From the NCBI GenBank assembly GCA_002245135.1, contig NGBS01001164.1, forward strand, positions 1 through 64,000: a DNA stretch of 64,000 nt, written 5' to 3'. The notes beneath the pieces were generated by a model, which was not told where the DNA came from, searched no databases, and saw only the letters and a program-made list of their open reading frames with translations. The DNA comes from Proteromonas lacertae (Eukaryota). Below, one piece after another: positions 29,301 to 43,849 of the stretch. The position numbers and the translations under genes were made by a program. Numbering within the stretch: the stretch's first letter is position 1; every line of letters starts with the position of its first letter.

Positions 29301-32300
29301 TCTTCCATTTTCTACATAATATAATATACCAAATTTGTGATAACCTTCTGATAGGTTAATATCAGTTTGATTCTTTATATAATTATTACTATATACTATT
29401 GGTATATCCATATTATCAATGAACAACCACATATCTGAATTAGCAGTAATATACAACAGGTAATATCCAGGAATATCTATTTTTATATATCCTTTCCAAA
29501 CAGCTAAATAGTTTTTAGTTCTTCTAATATTCTCTGGAAATACAAATTCATTTTTGTATGAAAAATCGCATAAATTTGAAGGAGAATATCCTTTTTCATT
29601 TACTATTATTCCTGTTGATAAATCATGCCAATAGGGTGAATAAGATGATATTGTATTTGCATAACTCTCAGATGATGAATAAATGCCTTGTAATCTACTA
29701 ACAACGAAGTTTTTTATAAATATCTTTAGATTAAATGAAACAGTAGAACCAACAGAATTAGTTCCTTCAAAATTGATAGTTGTTCCAATACCATTCAACT
29801 CTGTTGGAATTCCATATATTCTACCTGATTTTTCATCTAATGATATACCTTTTGGTAAATTACCTGATTTTATTGATATTTTCTCAAATTCTGTATTACA
29901 TTTAGGTGGTAATAATTCAATAGGTATATTCAAATTCAATCTTACTTTATTATTATCAAATGGATAACTACAGAATGTTAAAGCTTCAACAACTCTTAGA
30001 GTAAAGTCTTGTTCATTATAACCATCACTTCCTTTCATAAATACAACATGATATATTGTAATTAGATGGATTACTGTTGCTTTTCCTGATATTACACCTG
30101 TATTACTATTATAAACCAAATTTCCAGGTAGTGATGGTGTAATAATCACAGTATCTGGAGCAGTTTTACATTTCGGATTAATTGTTGAATCTTTTCCTTT
30201 TGTAATTGATATTTCTGTAGTATAATAACATTCAGGAGATTCTCCTAATTTACACTGAGAGTTATCCCATTCTGTCCACTTTATTGTATTAGAGATAACT
30301 GTACAAACTCTACTTTGTCTTCCTGAATAACCACTGTCGCAGCTTTTATATTCAATTCCATACAATTCTTTATTAGGGTTAGTACAAGAAGCAGTTGTAA
30401 CGCTTATGGTAATTGTTGCACTTTGTAATTTCACTTTTGATGATGTTTTATATGACGTAATTGTATAACTAATAGCTGATGTGGTTACAGTCAATGGAAT
30501 TCCACTAATAATTCCACTTCTCTTATTAAACACCAATCCTAAAGGTAAAGATTCAGGTGATATAGAATAAGAATCAACAACTCCATTAACAATTGGTTTC
30601 TTTGGTGTAATATGAGCATTCTTATAGAATGTGAATGCAGTTGATTCATAGGATAATGATGATGAATATGATTTTGCAATACAATTTTTTGTTATTGAAC
30701 TCCATGATCCAACTGAATTGCATTTTCTATTTTGACTTCCTGTTGTTCCTTCATCACAGTTTATTGTAACAGTATCACCAACCCTTGTGATTGGCCAATT
30801 ATTGTCTTTTGCACAAACACCAGAGGAATATAAATAATAATTCAATTCTGTCAATTGTAACTTTCCACAACCAGCAGTATCTGGACCTCTAAATCCTTTG
30901 AATTTTATACCAAAACCATTATATAGATATGGATCTTTTGTTATATCAAACTTGATTGATGTTTTTCTATTGGTTGTTGTTGTATATGATGTTTTTGTAT
31001 CTAATACTATAATATCTCCATTATCTTTTATTCCATATACTTCCCATGAAACTGGATCACTAGATGGACAATTACTTCCAGTAACAATCTCATAATTCTC
31101 AATTGGTTTAGCCATTTCATTTGGGAAATTAAATTTCATTTCTATTTCACTATCAGTAGTTGTATAAACTAATTGACTATCTCTATTTCTGTCTATAACT
31201 TTGTATAACTCATCAGGGAAATCATCATCAATACTTGAATATAATTCTTTTGATGAATATTCTGATGGTAATAATAATCCATAATTAAATGTAATAGATG
31301 AATCAATTTCATATTTTAATACAAAGGAGAATGGATCAACGAAACTACTCTTTTCATTCATATGTGTTTCTATACCAATTATGTTTATATCATTTTTAAT
31401 CCAATTACTTGACAAATATAACTTATGTGTAGAAATATCAACTAATTTTGATGAATATGTAGTTGGTGTGATTGGAGCAGATGATACAAAGTTCTTTGAA
31501 TATATAATCTTACCATTTAAACGTATAATTATTCCACTATCATATTTAATATCAACAACAGCATCTATTAAATAACCTAAACTATCATAATCTCTTGTAT
31601 ATATTCTGTAATATCTTGTGATTTCACTTCTACTTGGCAAATTGGCTAATTTATATATCTTCCAACCTGTATTAACATTAGTATACCAATCAGTTTCAAA
31701 TTGATCAGATATTTCCCATCCTGTATTTTCATCAATTGTAGTTGTATCTAAATTCAATATATCAGCAATAATTGTTCTTTCATTTTTTGATATATGATAT
31801 ATTTTTCTTTCTCTTCTTTCACCTTCAATTATGATATAACTATTATCATCCCAACTAGATTGAGATATACTACTCATTACTAAACCATATTCACCTGATT
31901 TAAAACACTTTGTAATTCCATATATTTCATATGAATAAAAACCTTCATAATATACTAACTGATTGCTTTTATTATCTTCAATTTGGAACTTAATTAATGA
32001 TCCGTTATTTCCACCTATTACTCTATATCCAGCTAATGAATAACCTTTTGAACATTGTTCAATAATTGTGATAGTTATTTGCAGATTAGTTGTACCAGCA
32101 CTATTCATACAAGTAATAGTGAATGTATAACTTCCTTTGACAGTAATAACACCAGATATTACACCAGTTCTTGGATTAACATATAAACTATTTGGTAATG
32201 ATGATGATGATGTAACAGTCATTATACTATTAGCAATAATTTGTGGAATAATGTTTATAGTTTCTGTCTTCACAAATGTAAATGAAGTTGAAGAATAGGA

Positions 32301-35300
32301 AATTGATGGTTTATTATGTGATGCTAGGTTAATTGATTTTACTATTGAAGTTTTATCAAATTCTTCATAATCTAATAAATAATCATTAACAGTTCCTATT
32401 CTATAATATCCATGCCTTTGCTTATTATTACTTATTGTTACTTTAATATTTGATGTTGGTGAACATTTACTCACTTTATATTTTCCATCTATTTCATGTT
32501 GATCTTTGTAATAAATAATATTTGAATTAGAATCTTCTATAGCGATAATAAATGATTCTGATGTTCCTCTATATTCTATATCATATAAATAACCACTATT
32601 TCTACATCCATTTATAGTCATTCTTAAATTAGAACTTACAGAACCACCAGCATTTGAACATTTTATAATTATATTCTGATTTGATATTTCTTCCAATGGA
32701 ACTCCACTTATTTCACCTGTTACTGCATTTAATTTTAAACCTAATGGAAGAGGTGATGATGATGAATCAATAGTGAATTTTACATTTCCATCTCCTCCTG
32801 TGTATGTTGGAATGATTATATATTCTTCTCCTAAATAACCAGCTGGAACTGTAGCATAATTCAAATTAGATGGACCAACCATTGTTTTTATTTCTATTGT
32901 TACAGTTGTTACTAGTTTTACTGTTCCAACATTATCAGTAACAGTAATAGTATGAATTATACTTGATGATGATGCTGTTGTTGGAGTTCCAGTGATACAA
33001 CCAGATACATCAATTGATAAACCATTTGGCAATGATGGTTGTACTGTATATCTTGTATATTTATTCTTATCAACTTGATAATAAACTGGACAATTCCTTG
33101 TTATAGCTTGATTTCTAATATATTCCATTTTCTTATAAGTAAATTCAAACGTAGTTGTAGGAATATAATAGATATTATTATCAATAGAATAAGTGATTGT
33201 TGGATTTGATATTTCTATATATTCTATTTCAATATGTGGATGTGTAGAATCGTGTTTCTTAAAGTAAGAAATAACTAAATTGTTATAACCTTTATGAAGA
33301 TTGACAATTCCTGTTGTTGTAGTTTTATAACCACATTGCGATGTATATCTTTGATTCTCAATAATCAATTCACAAAATGTATCTGATTTAATGATGAAAT
33401 AATAATCACTAGTTTTACTATTATACAAATATCCTTCCCATTTTACATAGAATTCATCATCAAAACTATTAGTCAAATCATTCCATATTAATTCATTATT
33501 TTTATGTGTAATAGTTGTGTCTATTTTCTCTACTAATGATGATGTATGACCAGGTATTTTGCATTCACTACCAATACTTACAACATAATAATAACTGTAC
33601 AAACCTTTAATATAAATATCATTACTGTTACTATCACTAATCACTAAACTAACTTGAAATGACAATTGAAGTAATCCTTCTCCTTTAGCTATTACAGTAT
33701 AAGTAGTAAATGGAAGTGCATTTGTTGGTTTTCCACTAATAACTCCATATTTATCTATATCTATACCATTTGGTTTATTGTTCCATTCAAATGATTTGAC
33801 ATAACCATATAACTTCAATCTATAACTTGAATATTTGCTTGTTTGGAATAATAACACAATATTATTATTATCAGTGTTAGTGAATTGAATATATTGAATA
33901 GGAGGTGGATATGTTAATAATGAATTTGGTGTAATTGTATTACTCATTATCATATCATTATCCATTAATAATAAATACTGACTATTGTGCTCATTATAAC
34001 TAATAACCACAATTTGATGTTTTCCTGTAGTTAATTCAATATCTACTGTTGTAGCTTCATTTGGCTTACTTTCTAATTTATATTTACTCATATCATCAAT
34101 ATATAAGAATGCTTTATCATCAGCACTTAATGTGAATGTTCTCCTAACAGTAACTGGTTCATTAATCATTGTATTCCATTTACCTAACACTTGATTGATT
34201 TGATTGTTAGTAAATTCACATACGCTTGAACTTTCACATTTATAATTCACTTCATCGGATATTGTAGTGTAAAAATCATATTTCATATTATTAAACTTCT
34301 CCAATATATCATTTGGATTATTAGTTAATATGTCGCTACTTTCATATGACCATTCTACACTTACACCATTTACATAACTATTTGTTATTTCATAACTTAA
34401 AACAACATCTTTATTACTCTTTACATTACTCAATCTTACAGTAAAACTACCACTTCCTGTAGATATACTACATATTCCTGATATTGATCCTGTTGTATCA
34501 TTAATCTTTAAACCATTAGGTAATGATCCGCTACTTATAGTTGCAGTTGAATAATATGAGTTACATTGAGGAGGTAATACATTGAAATAAACGCTTTCTG
34601 GAATATAAAACTTCGATTGACCATAAGAACAAGATGATAATGTATCATATATAATAAATGAAGCAATAAATGTAATATATCTTTTATCTATAGTTTCAGC
34701 TGTAACACTGTATTGTAAATCCTTTGTTTCAAAGGGAATTGTACCTGATATAACACCATTAGAGTTAATACTCAAAGTTGGTAATAGATTTGGATAAACA
34801 GTAGTTGATACTATTTTCAATGTACAAGTTGGAGTTGCTGTGATTGGACTATTTACTTGATATACTAAAGGATATGTATAAGAACAAGTAGGTAATTCAA
34901 TAAAATTAATAATCTCAAATCTAACCGTTTGTGTTACAGTTTGATCTTTATATTTACAACTAATCTTTATATCTAATGGCGAAGTTGTACCAGTTGGAAT
35001 AACACCATATATTGTACCATTATCTTCATCAATTTTTAATGTTGTTATTGACATACTTTCGAATGAATAAGATTGATATTGAGGTTTAGTAATAACATGT
35101 CTATACACGTTGTGATTATAATAGAGTATTTTTACATCATAATCTAATGCAGTAGGTGTAGTATCATATATACCAATTGAAATAACAAATGGTTCACTCC
35201 AACCATTTCTATTCTTCACTTGAATTCTGAAATCTTGTCTTTCAACTGGAGTAGATGTTTTGCCACTTATAACACCATTTTCAGAGTTAAACAATAAGGG

Positions 35301-38300
35301 TAAATTTGGATATATTTTATATTCCAATATTTCATTAGATGGAGTTACAGTTGGTTGTAATGTTTCTACTTCTGTGTCTTTATAAAATGTTATATATTTC
35401 TTTGGATATTGAATAACTGGTAATGATAATCTACATTTCGATTTCCATTCCCATTTTATGTCGTTATTTACATAGCTACATAACTTTTCATTTCTTCCTT
35501 CATAACCAGCTTCACATGCTTTTGTTACTATTTCATTTGGAGCAGCTCTTCCCATTCCGTCATTCTCATCTTTACATTCATAGAACACCAATTGAATATA
35601 AGCGTTTACTTTAATATTATTATCATTATCACCAGCTTGTATTGTTAAAATAACATCTTTATCTGAATCAAGATCAAGTTTACCTGATAATTCACCTGAA
35701 TCAGAGTTAATACTCATTCCAGAAGGTAAATTATTACTTGTTACTTTATAATTAGTGTAAGGAATAATATCATCTCCAACTGGATGTTCTGGTAAATAAG
35801 AATTATAGATATTTCTAATGAACCTAATATTCTTTGGATATGAAAATGATGATGGGTTATAGTTATATATTCCAATTGATATAGATGTTTCATTACTATA
35901 ACCTCTATCATTCAATACTCTAATCTTAAATGTTTGTCTTTCCATTGTTTCTGTTGGAATTCCTGTAAATTTACATGTATTTGTATTGAATAAAGTAAAA
36001 GAGGGAACAATTTGACATTTAGAAAAAGATTTACTGTAAATTATTGGAGTGATTGTGCCAATGTCTTTATTAACATAAAACGTCTTATAATTAGATGGAT
36101 AAGTGATAGTTGGATATTTCAATACACATTTACTATTCCATCTCCATACAGCATCATTATTTTCAAACACACAAGTCTTATTATTATAACCCTCATAATA
36201 TTCTTTACATTCTTTTGATTTTGTTTCACCAACTGTTGCACTGCCTAAACCATCACCTTTATCAACACATATAACATTACTAATTACTTTATAAAGTATT
36301 GATACTGAATTACTATCAAATCCAATAACTAAATTACCTGTTCTATCATTACCAGTTGCTTTTCCACTGATTTTTCCAGTATATGCATCAATAGTAATTC
36401 CAGGAACAACACTATTTATTGTCCATTTTGAAACATAACCATCCATTTTTGTTGGTTTATATTCAACTGTTTGTTGTGTATAAAATATCAATGTATTTCC
36501 ATTATTATATTCTACAGATGATGCTGAACAACTTGTAGTTGGTTCAAAGGTTGTTGGATCAATACAAATAGTTTCAACAACTTCAATATAAACACTAGTA
36601 GAATAAGTATTTGATGAATAATATGAATTATATAACGATGCAGTTACTGTATAGTATGTTTTACTTTTCAATTCATAGGGAATTCCACTAATCTCACCAG
36701 TTGCTGTATTAAAGAATAAACCTAATGGTAATTCTTTATCAATTGAATAAGATCTTACAGCTTTATCTTGTTCAATACTTGGTTTAGTATTTCCATAATG
36801 ATTCTTAAATAATTTCACACTTAAAGGATTATAAACAAACTCTTGAAATTCAATTTCTTTACATGTATTAATAACATCACTATTCCATCTCGTTTCATCA
36901 TCACAATATTTACCTTTAACTCCTGAAAAACCATTATCACATGGAATATAAGTTACTTTACCTGTTCCACATCTTGGATATACACCAGTACTTGGACAGA
37001 ATGAACCACTCTTGTATTCAGGGAAGAATTCACTTACTGCAGTTGTACCAGGATTATAAGCTTCAGTGATTGTAAATATATACGCTTCAAAGGCTAATTC
37101 TGTGTTTGGATAGAAATCATAACTTATACTACCTACTCCACTTAAACCAGAATCAGTCATTTCATGAATAAGAACTCTATAATTTGTATTGATATTATTA
37201 CCATTATTATCAGTTACACCATATACTTTCCAACTTTTAAAAGGATTATTAGAAGCAGGAGAAGTATATATTTGATAAGAATCAATAAAAGAAGCGACAT
37301 CTTCAGTATAACCAACTATAAATGAAGTAGGAAGTGTAGTTGTTGTAAAATCTGTTCCAATTATAAAATCTGTAATTTCACAAGCTGTAGAAGCTGAATC
37401 ACTTCTTGCACATTGTAATTTACTATAATCTTTAAACACAACACCACCTTCATCAGCATTACCAAATAATAAATCTAATTTAAACTCACCAACTGTAGTA
37501 GATGAACTTTCTGAATGTAATTCAATACCAACATATACATATTTACTATTCAAAGCTCTTGGTGAAATGATGAATGAATATTGTTTAGGAGTAGCAAATG
37601 ATTGATAAGCATCAGTTGATGATGATGTATATGGCATATTCCTTCTATATATTTGTTCACCATTTATATACACAATAATACCACTTTGATAGGTTATTGT
37701 TCCTTTTACAATATGTCTATCAGTTGGAAATGAATCGTAATATAAAAATTTCCTAATATAAAGAACTTTCGTCGAACTAGTTTGAGGTAAACCAGCAACA
37801 TCACTTTTAGTCCAACTATCATCATCTTGAAATTCAATATTCCAATTATTCTCGTAATCAATTGAATATTCATATTCTTCACTATCAGAATATAATATCT
37901 GCGGAAATCTTATATTATCAATTTGTTGTATAGTATTTGATGAAAATGAATAAGTACTAATTACACGATTATCACCTTTTATTTCAATATTTGTACTATC
38001 TGTAGCATCAACTTTTGATCTAATTAAGGTAGATAAAAATAGTCCATGAGGTTTACAGAATGAATAATACTTAGTCTTTGAATTATCTAAAACCATAACA
38101 CTATACACATCTTCATTTTCATATTTCAATTCAAAAGATAAAAATGAATCACTATTTGTAGTTTCAAATTTCAATGTATAAAAAACATCTCTTTTATCTT
38201 TACATTTATCAGTTACTCTTATTATTACAGTTGTTACTTCACTTTCACCATTACCATTCTGTCCAGTTATTTTTAATGTTAAATCACCTAAAGCAGTTAC

Positions 38301-41300
38301 TAATCCACTTATTTCACCTGTAGTAGAATCAAATGATACTGTTGGAGGTAATGAAGCAGGTAATTTAAGATTATAGCCAGTAACTCCATTAACAGCATAT
38401 GGTGAAACGTAGAAATTTGAATTAATAAGTGAATCAATAACTGGATGAATGTATATTATATCTGGTTTATCATTGGTTGGTATTGTAAATGGTATTTCAA
38501 CAAAATCATTACCAAAAAACATTTGACCTTTCGTATATAGAATAGAATTGAAATATATTTCATAATCTGGTCCTTTTAATCCATTATTAGTAATTTGCAT
38601 TACATATTTGGATGTTGGAGGAGCACAAATGACAAAATCATATTTTTTGTTCTGATGATGATCTTCATTCTCATATATTACTTCATTAGTGGATGTAAGA
38701 TCAGAATATTCCATCAATTTCACTTTAAATAAACTATCATAAGATAAATAGCTGATTGTAGTTAATATTTCATTTGATTTACATCCTTCTAAATTAAGTT
38801 TCCAATCTGTTGAATAGGTCTTAGCATAAGTAGTGCATAATATCTTTATAGTACCAGAAATAGATTGTTTTGGAGATCCACTAATAACACCTGTATTATG
38901 ATCAATCTTAAGTCCAACTGGAGCACCACCATCAAAATCAAATGAAAATACAATTGATGGATTTGATACTGTTGGTTTTACTTCGTACAATTCTTCACCC
39001 ATCTTTAAGGATACTTCTGGATATGAGAATGTAAATGGTTCTAAAGCAGGAAGAATTCTCATTTTCACACTAAAAATATAATGTGAATCTGCACCTTTAG
39101 CTGTTATTTTAAACACAACAGGACTAGCTATTACTTCATTTGGAGTACCTTTTATTGATCCAATACTATCAAATGATAATCCAGAAGGTAATGGAGGTTC
39201 TGATGTAAAAGAAGTAAATCTACCAACCCATTCAGGTGGATAAGTAATTATTGCATTCTCTAAGATTTCAATACCTTGTTCATATTCAACAGATGAATAT
39301 GTATAATAAGCTTCAGGTGTAAGATTAATATAAGAATGGATGAAATAGTTTGTTTCAGTGATTGCATTGTTATTACTATATTGTGTTAATGTGAAATTGA
39401 TTGTATCTTGATCTGTACCTTTCCATATATAAAAATCGGTGTTCAAAAACTGCGGTTCTTCAAAAAATGATGATTTTGTTATAGTTTCTTTAGAACACAT
39501 ATTCTTATTCAATATCGCATTACCACCTGCAATAATAGCAGCTCCACCTGATGTTTCTACAACAAACTGTATATTTGTATCACTACAATACAACATAGTT
39601 GTATATTTAACTGCCCATGAACCAAAATACTCTCTTGTCAATTCTTTTGGTAACTTTGCGGTTTTAATTAATTCTGTATTATCCAATGCTATTGCTTTAC
39701 TTATTCTTGGTGTTAATGTGTTAATATAATCTACATTAATATCATCACACTGTTTATTCTCTATGAGATAATAATCTGCAAACATTCTATAACTAGTAGC
39801 ATAACCACCAGCTACAAATGATAAGGCATAACTAGCCGTTACAGTTATAATAGATCCAAGTTTAGCTGTCACTTTAACAGTTAATAATTTTCGATTATCA
39901 ATGTTAATATCTTTACTATTCAAAGCAGTTGTACCAAAATAATGAAAATGAGCCATTTCAGTTATATCATTATCCAATGAAGCAGGTTCATAAGTATATT
40001 CATTTAATGTACCAATAGTAATTGGAGTAATCTTTACTGGAGCATCAAAATTCACTTTAATTACATCACTTTCAAATGTAAAATCTTGTAAGGGTTGAAT
40101 ATCAGCGTAAAACGGACCATTTTTAGATATATAAGCAAAATCAGCATCATTTGGACCTTTATATGTAGCTTCAATACTTTGTTGTCCACTTTGAGCGAAA
40201 CCTAAGATTCTAATAGGGTAAAAACCAGGTTTCAAATTAACTGTGTATGTTTTATACTCATACCACCATTCAGTTATTAACTTTGGTTCTGTCATATCAT
40301 CAAAGAATACTGCACTACTATCATCATAATTAGTTGAAAACATATAAGTACCTTCCGTCGTAGCTTCAAATAATGCTGAGAATAAAACATAATCTTCCGT
40401 ATATCTATATGCAGTTTCAGGCATTTCAGTACCAACATAATACAACTCATCAATAATTCTTACACCTGAATTCCAAGTTCCATCTACAAATAAAGAATAT
40501 GAAGGTTCTACAGCAAATGTATTACCAACATTCTCTGGACCAACTCTCATTGTAATACCTTTAAAATCATGAGGATTAACTACATTGATATTCAATGTAA
40601 TAGTTTCAAATACTGAATTAGATATATCTCCAATAATAAAACTAACTTGACATACTTCAGTTATATATCTTGATACTTTTCCTTTAATAGTACCAATATC
40701 ATTATCTAATGTTAATCCTGGTGGTAAATATCCATCTTTGATAATTATAGTAAACATAGGTGTTGTACAAATTGGTTTTTTAAACGTAATAGGCATTATT
40801 GGACTTATATAGACTGGATCAATAATACTATAATAACAATGCAATTCTTTAATTGCAGAAATTGTTGTTTTGGTAGTGGATTTTGATTGATCATTGAAGG
40901 TGAATGTGAATGTATATTCAAATGGTTGATATTCATATTTCAATCCATTCGTTGTTAAAACTCCATTAGGAAATAGTTTCATTTCAACAGGTAAACTAGG
41001 AGATACTGTAGTACTAATTACTACATTATTACATCGAGGTATGACAGTTTGTGCTAATCCAACACGAAATTGGATGGTTAAATCAAATTTACATGACGGT
41101 GATACAGTATCTGGTGCAACTATTCTAAAGGATATTTTGGTGGTTAATGTAGTTTGATATGTTGCAGATATGGTTGCTTCTAATTTATCATACAATTTAG
41201 TGGGAGTTCCAGAAATAGTACCATTTGTTGATATTACCATACCTTCTGGTAAATTTGATGAAGAGAAAGTATATAAATTGTACGCTGGCTTTATATCTGG

Positions 41301-41635
41301 ATGAAGTGCTTGAAATGGGATATTTAAATATCCTTCAATATTATCATATGAATATTCAAACATAGTAGGATATGGATCATCTAAATAAATAGAAGATACT
41401 TTAATATACGACAATTAGTATCATCAATAACTTCCCAAGTAGCCAAACCATTTACATTTGCGCATAATCTTTGTCTAGTTCCAAACTTTCCATTTTTACA
41501 AGAAATAGATGCTACATGACCTTCTTCAGTAGCAGGCCAATTATCGATAGCGTCACATGATAGTGAGAAAGATTCATGAAAGCTTAATACGATAATGTAT
41601 ATGATATAATAAATTGATCTTCGTTTAAAGAGCAT
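20367..41635 (-). CDS. Giant single-pass cell-surface/adhesin-like protein (~7,060 aa) with He_PIG, PA14-like, jelly-roll/discoidin-like, HRM-like and SEA-like modules and a TM helix
   Basis: 6,929-aa ORF plus flanking exons. Introns 41381-41409, 20629-20659 and 20389-20417 keep the frame from signal peptide MLFKRRSIYYIIYIIVLSFHESFS to TM GYIALIVLAILLVIGVGVGLLV and tail MMDDLDEVE*. Many LPxGLxxxxxTGxISGxP repeats and CxxxxxWPxTxxG...C..G..G...R.C....W......C modules. Confidence 0.92.
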
Positions 41636-42259
41636 TACCTCAAAAAACAACTTTACTTGTTTTTATCAAAATAAATTGTCATTTAAATAGGAATTTTATA
41701 TTAAAATGAAAATTCTATTATGACAAGGATGAAATGTAGTTAAAAAGTAAGGTTAGGTGAAGAGAGATGAAATTTATAGAACAATATTCATAAATAGATT
41801 AATGATCTAGGTTTGATGAAAAAAAAAAAGAAGTTTAGAAAGACAAAATAATTTCAAATCTCTTTTTAGAAGGACACTATATTACCCAATTGTGTATATC
41901 ATTCTCAATGAGAATAAACTGATAAATATTATATTAATAACAAAACATGATACTATAACACAAATAAACGACATAATATTTCATCTAAATTCTAACTAAA
42001 TTAAGATAATTAGCAATTTCGAATTTAAATAAGCATAACCTCGCTGAATCTAAAGATATAAGCAGATCCAAAAATTACTAATCAGAAAACCATCAACCGA
42101 CATGATTTTTCATTGTCATTATTTTTTGGAATAGTTTGCTAGAAATCTCGGAATATTGAAGTATGATATAAATTAAATACGGTTCTTGCTTATTTGTGTT
42201 TTTTTCTTGCATTCTGCATTTTTAAATCCTATTTAAATTCTTTATAATCTATTGTTTAG

Positions 42260-43698
42260 ATGTCTGATACAGTTGAAGAACCAAAAGTTGAAAGTCCAGT
42301 AGACGATGCTGAGGAGAAACCAAAAAGACAGAATAATAAGCAAGAGCTACCAGAGAACTATATGACCTTAGATTGTGAAGCAGAAATTAAAAAATTAGTA
42401 AAAGTTGCTAAACCAGATCGAAACAAGCAAGCTGAGGAAAGCAAATCCATGCAAATGAGAATGGATAACTTGAAAAAAGAAATAGCTAATATTGACAAGG
42501 AAATCAAAGAGTTATTCGAAGGTAATAAAGGTTCTGAAAATGTATGAAATGAATGGAATTAATATTTTGATATAGGATCCAAAATATAAAGCAATCAATA
42601 AAATGAAAGAATTACAAAAGGAAATAGGAGAAATTTTAGAAACCAGAAATCACTTATACGAGCAAAAGGATAAAATGGAAGAACGAAGAGACGCTGAACA
42701 TGATGCTGCAAGAAAACAAAAGAGTTCATCAAAATACTCCACAATCGAACAAATCGATGAAAGAATTGCAGAAATTGAATATATACAAAGTATATACTAT
42801 ATATTTATTATTATTATTATTAGATTCATCTGAGCTATCCAAATTACAAGAAAAGAGTTTAATAAATGAATTAAAGAATTTAAATCAAAGCAAAAGAGAA
42901 TTAGAATTAACAAAGCCAAAGGTAGAAACTCCAGCAGTTACAGGATCTAACGATAAAGAGATCTTTAAGCAACTCCGTGAACAAATAAAGGAATGTAACA
43001 CAAAATTAAGTGAATTACATTCACAACAAGACGAACAACGTAAGATTTTAGACAGCATTCAAGAGAAAAAACAACAATCAAAGATCCCTCAATTGAAAGA
43101 ATTAAAGAAAGAAAAGAAACAACAAATGAGTGATTTGTACCAAGAAATGCAAGATAAGAGAAAGCAACAAAAGGTATTAGCTGATGAATATTATAAATAT
43201 TCAAGACAATTGAAGTATTGGCAACATATCCAATATGAACAAAAGAAGGAGATAGATAGAAAGAAGAAAGAAGAAGAAGAAAGAATAAGAAAAGAAATAG
43301 AATCAAAACTTAAACCATGGACAAAAGAAATCCAACAATGTGATTTATTAATTAAATATTTAAATTCTTATAAACAAAATGAAAACTCTGAAGCTGATGA
43401 AGAAAAACCAACTGAAGTTAAAAAAGAAATAACATTACCTAATGGTCAAGTAGTTCATTTGTTGGAAAAGAAAGAAACTGACTTCGTAAAAGCTGCTCCA
43501 AAGAAGAAGAGGAATCAAAAGAAAACTAGTCAACCAAAGAAATTAAATTTTGACCTTGAAATGATTTCTATTTTTGACAGTTTCCATATTCCCCTTCCTA
43601 AAACTTTTGATGTGATTGACGAGACAATAGCCAAACTTGAAGAGACTAAGAAATATTTTGATACTTTACCAAGAGAAGCAACTCCATTTGCTAAATAA
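42260..43698 (+). CDS. Bfr1 / proton-pump-interactor-like coiled-coil protein
   Basis: Introns 42542-42575 and 42790-42823 join the ORFs in frame. A long coiled coil is followed by KPWTKEIQQCDLLIKYL and LNFDLEMISIFDSFHIPLPKT..IDETIAKLEETKKYF, as recalled for the Bfr1/PPI1 family. Confidence 0.7.
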
Positions 43699-43849
43699 GA
43701 ATAGATTTATTATTGAATTCCAGGAAATCTAAGTAATATCTTTCAATACATATTGTATAATGTGTTTATTTTAATAATTCTTAATAAGAAACACAATGAA
43801 TGAAAAAAACTGTAATGAGAGTAAGCATTAAATAAAATATAAAGACTAA

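Noticed and set aside
21290..39729. Short plus-strand ORFs antisense to the giant gene (and similar shadow ORFs elsewhere, e.g. 42965-43306, 58837-59136, 63646-63888)
   Set aside because: These are shadow frames of real genes with no motifs of their own.
20625..41414. Bacterial contaminant or prophage-like giant ORF
   Set aside because: The terminal exons are joined by host-type short introns, there is a eukaryotic signal peptide and TM, and composition matches the neighbouring genes.
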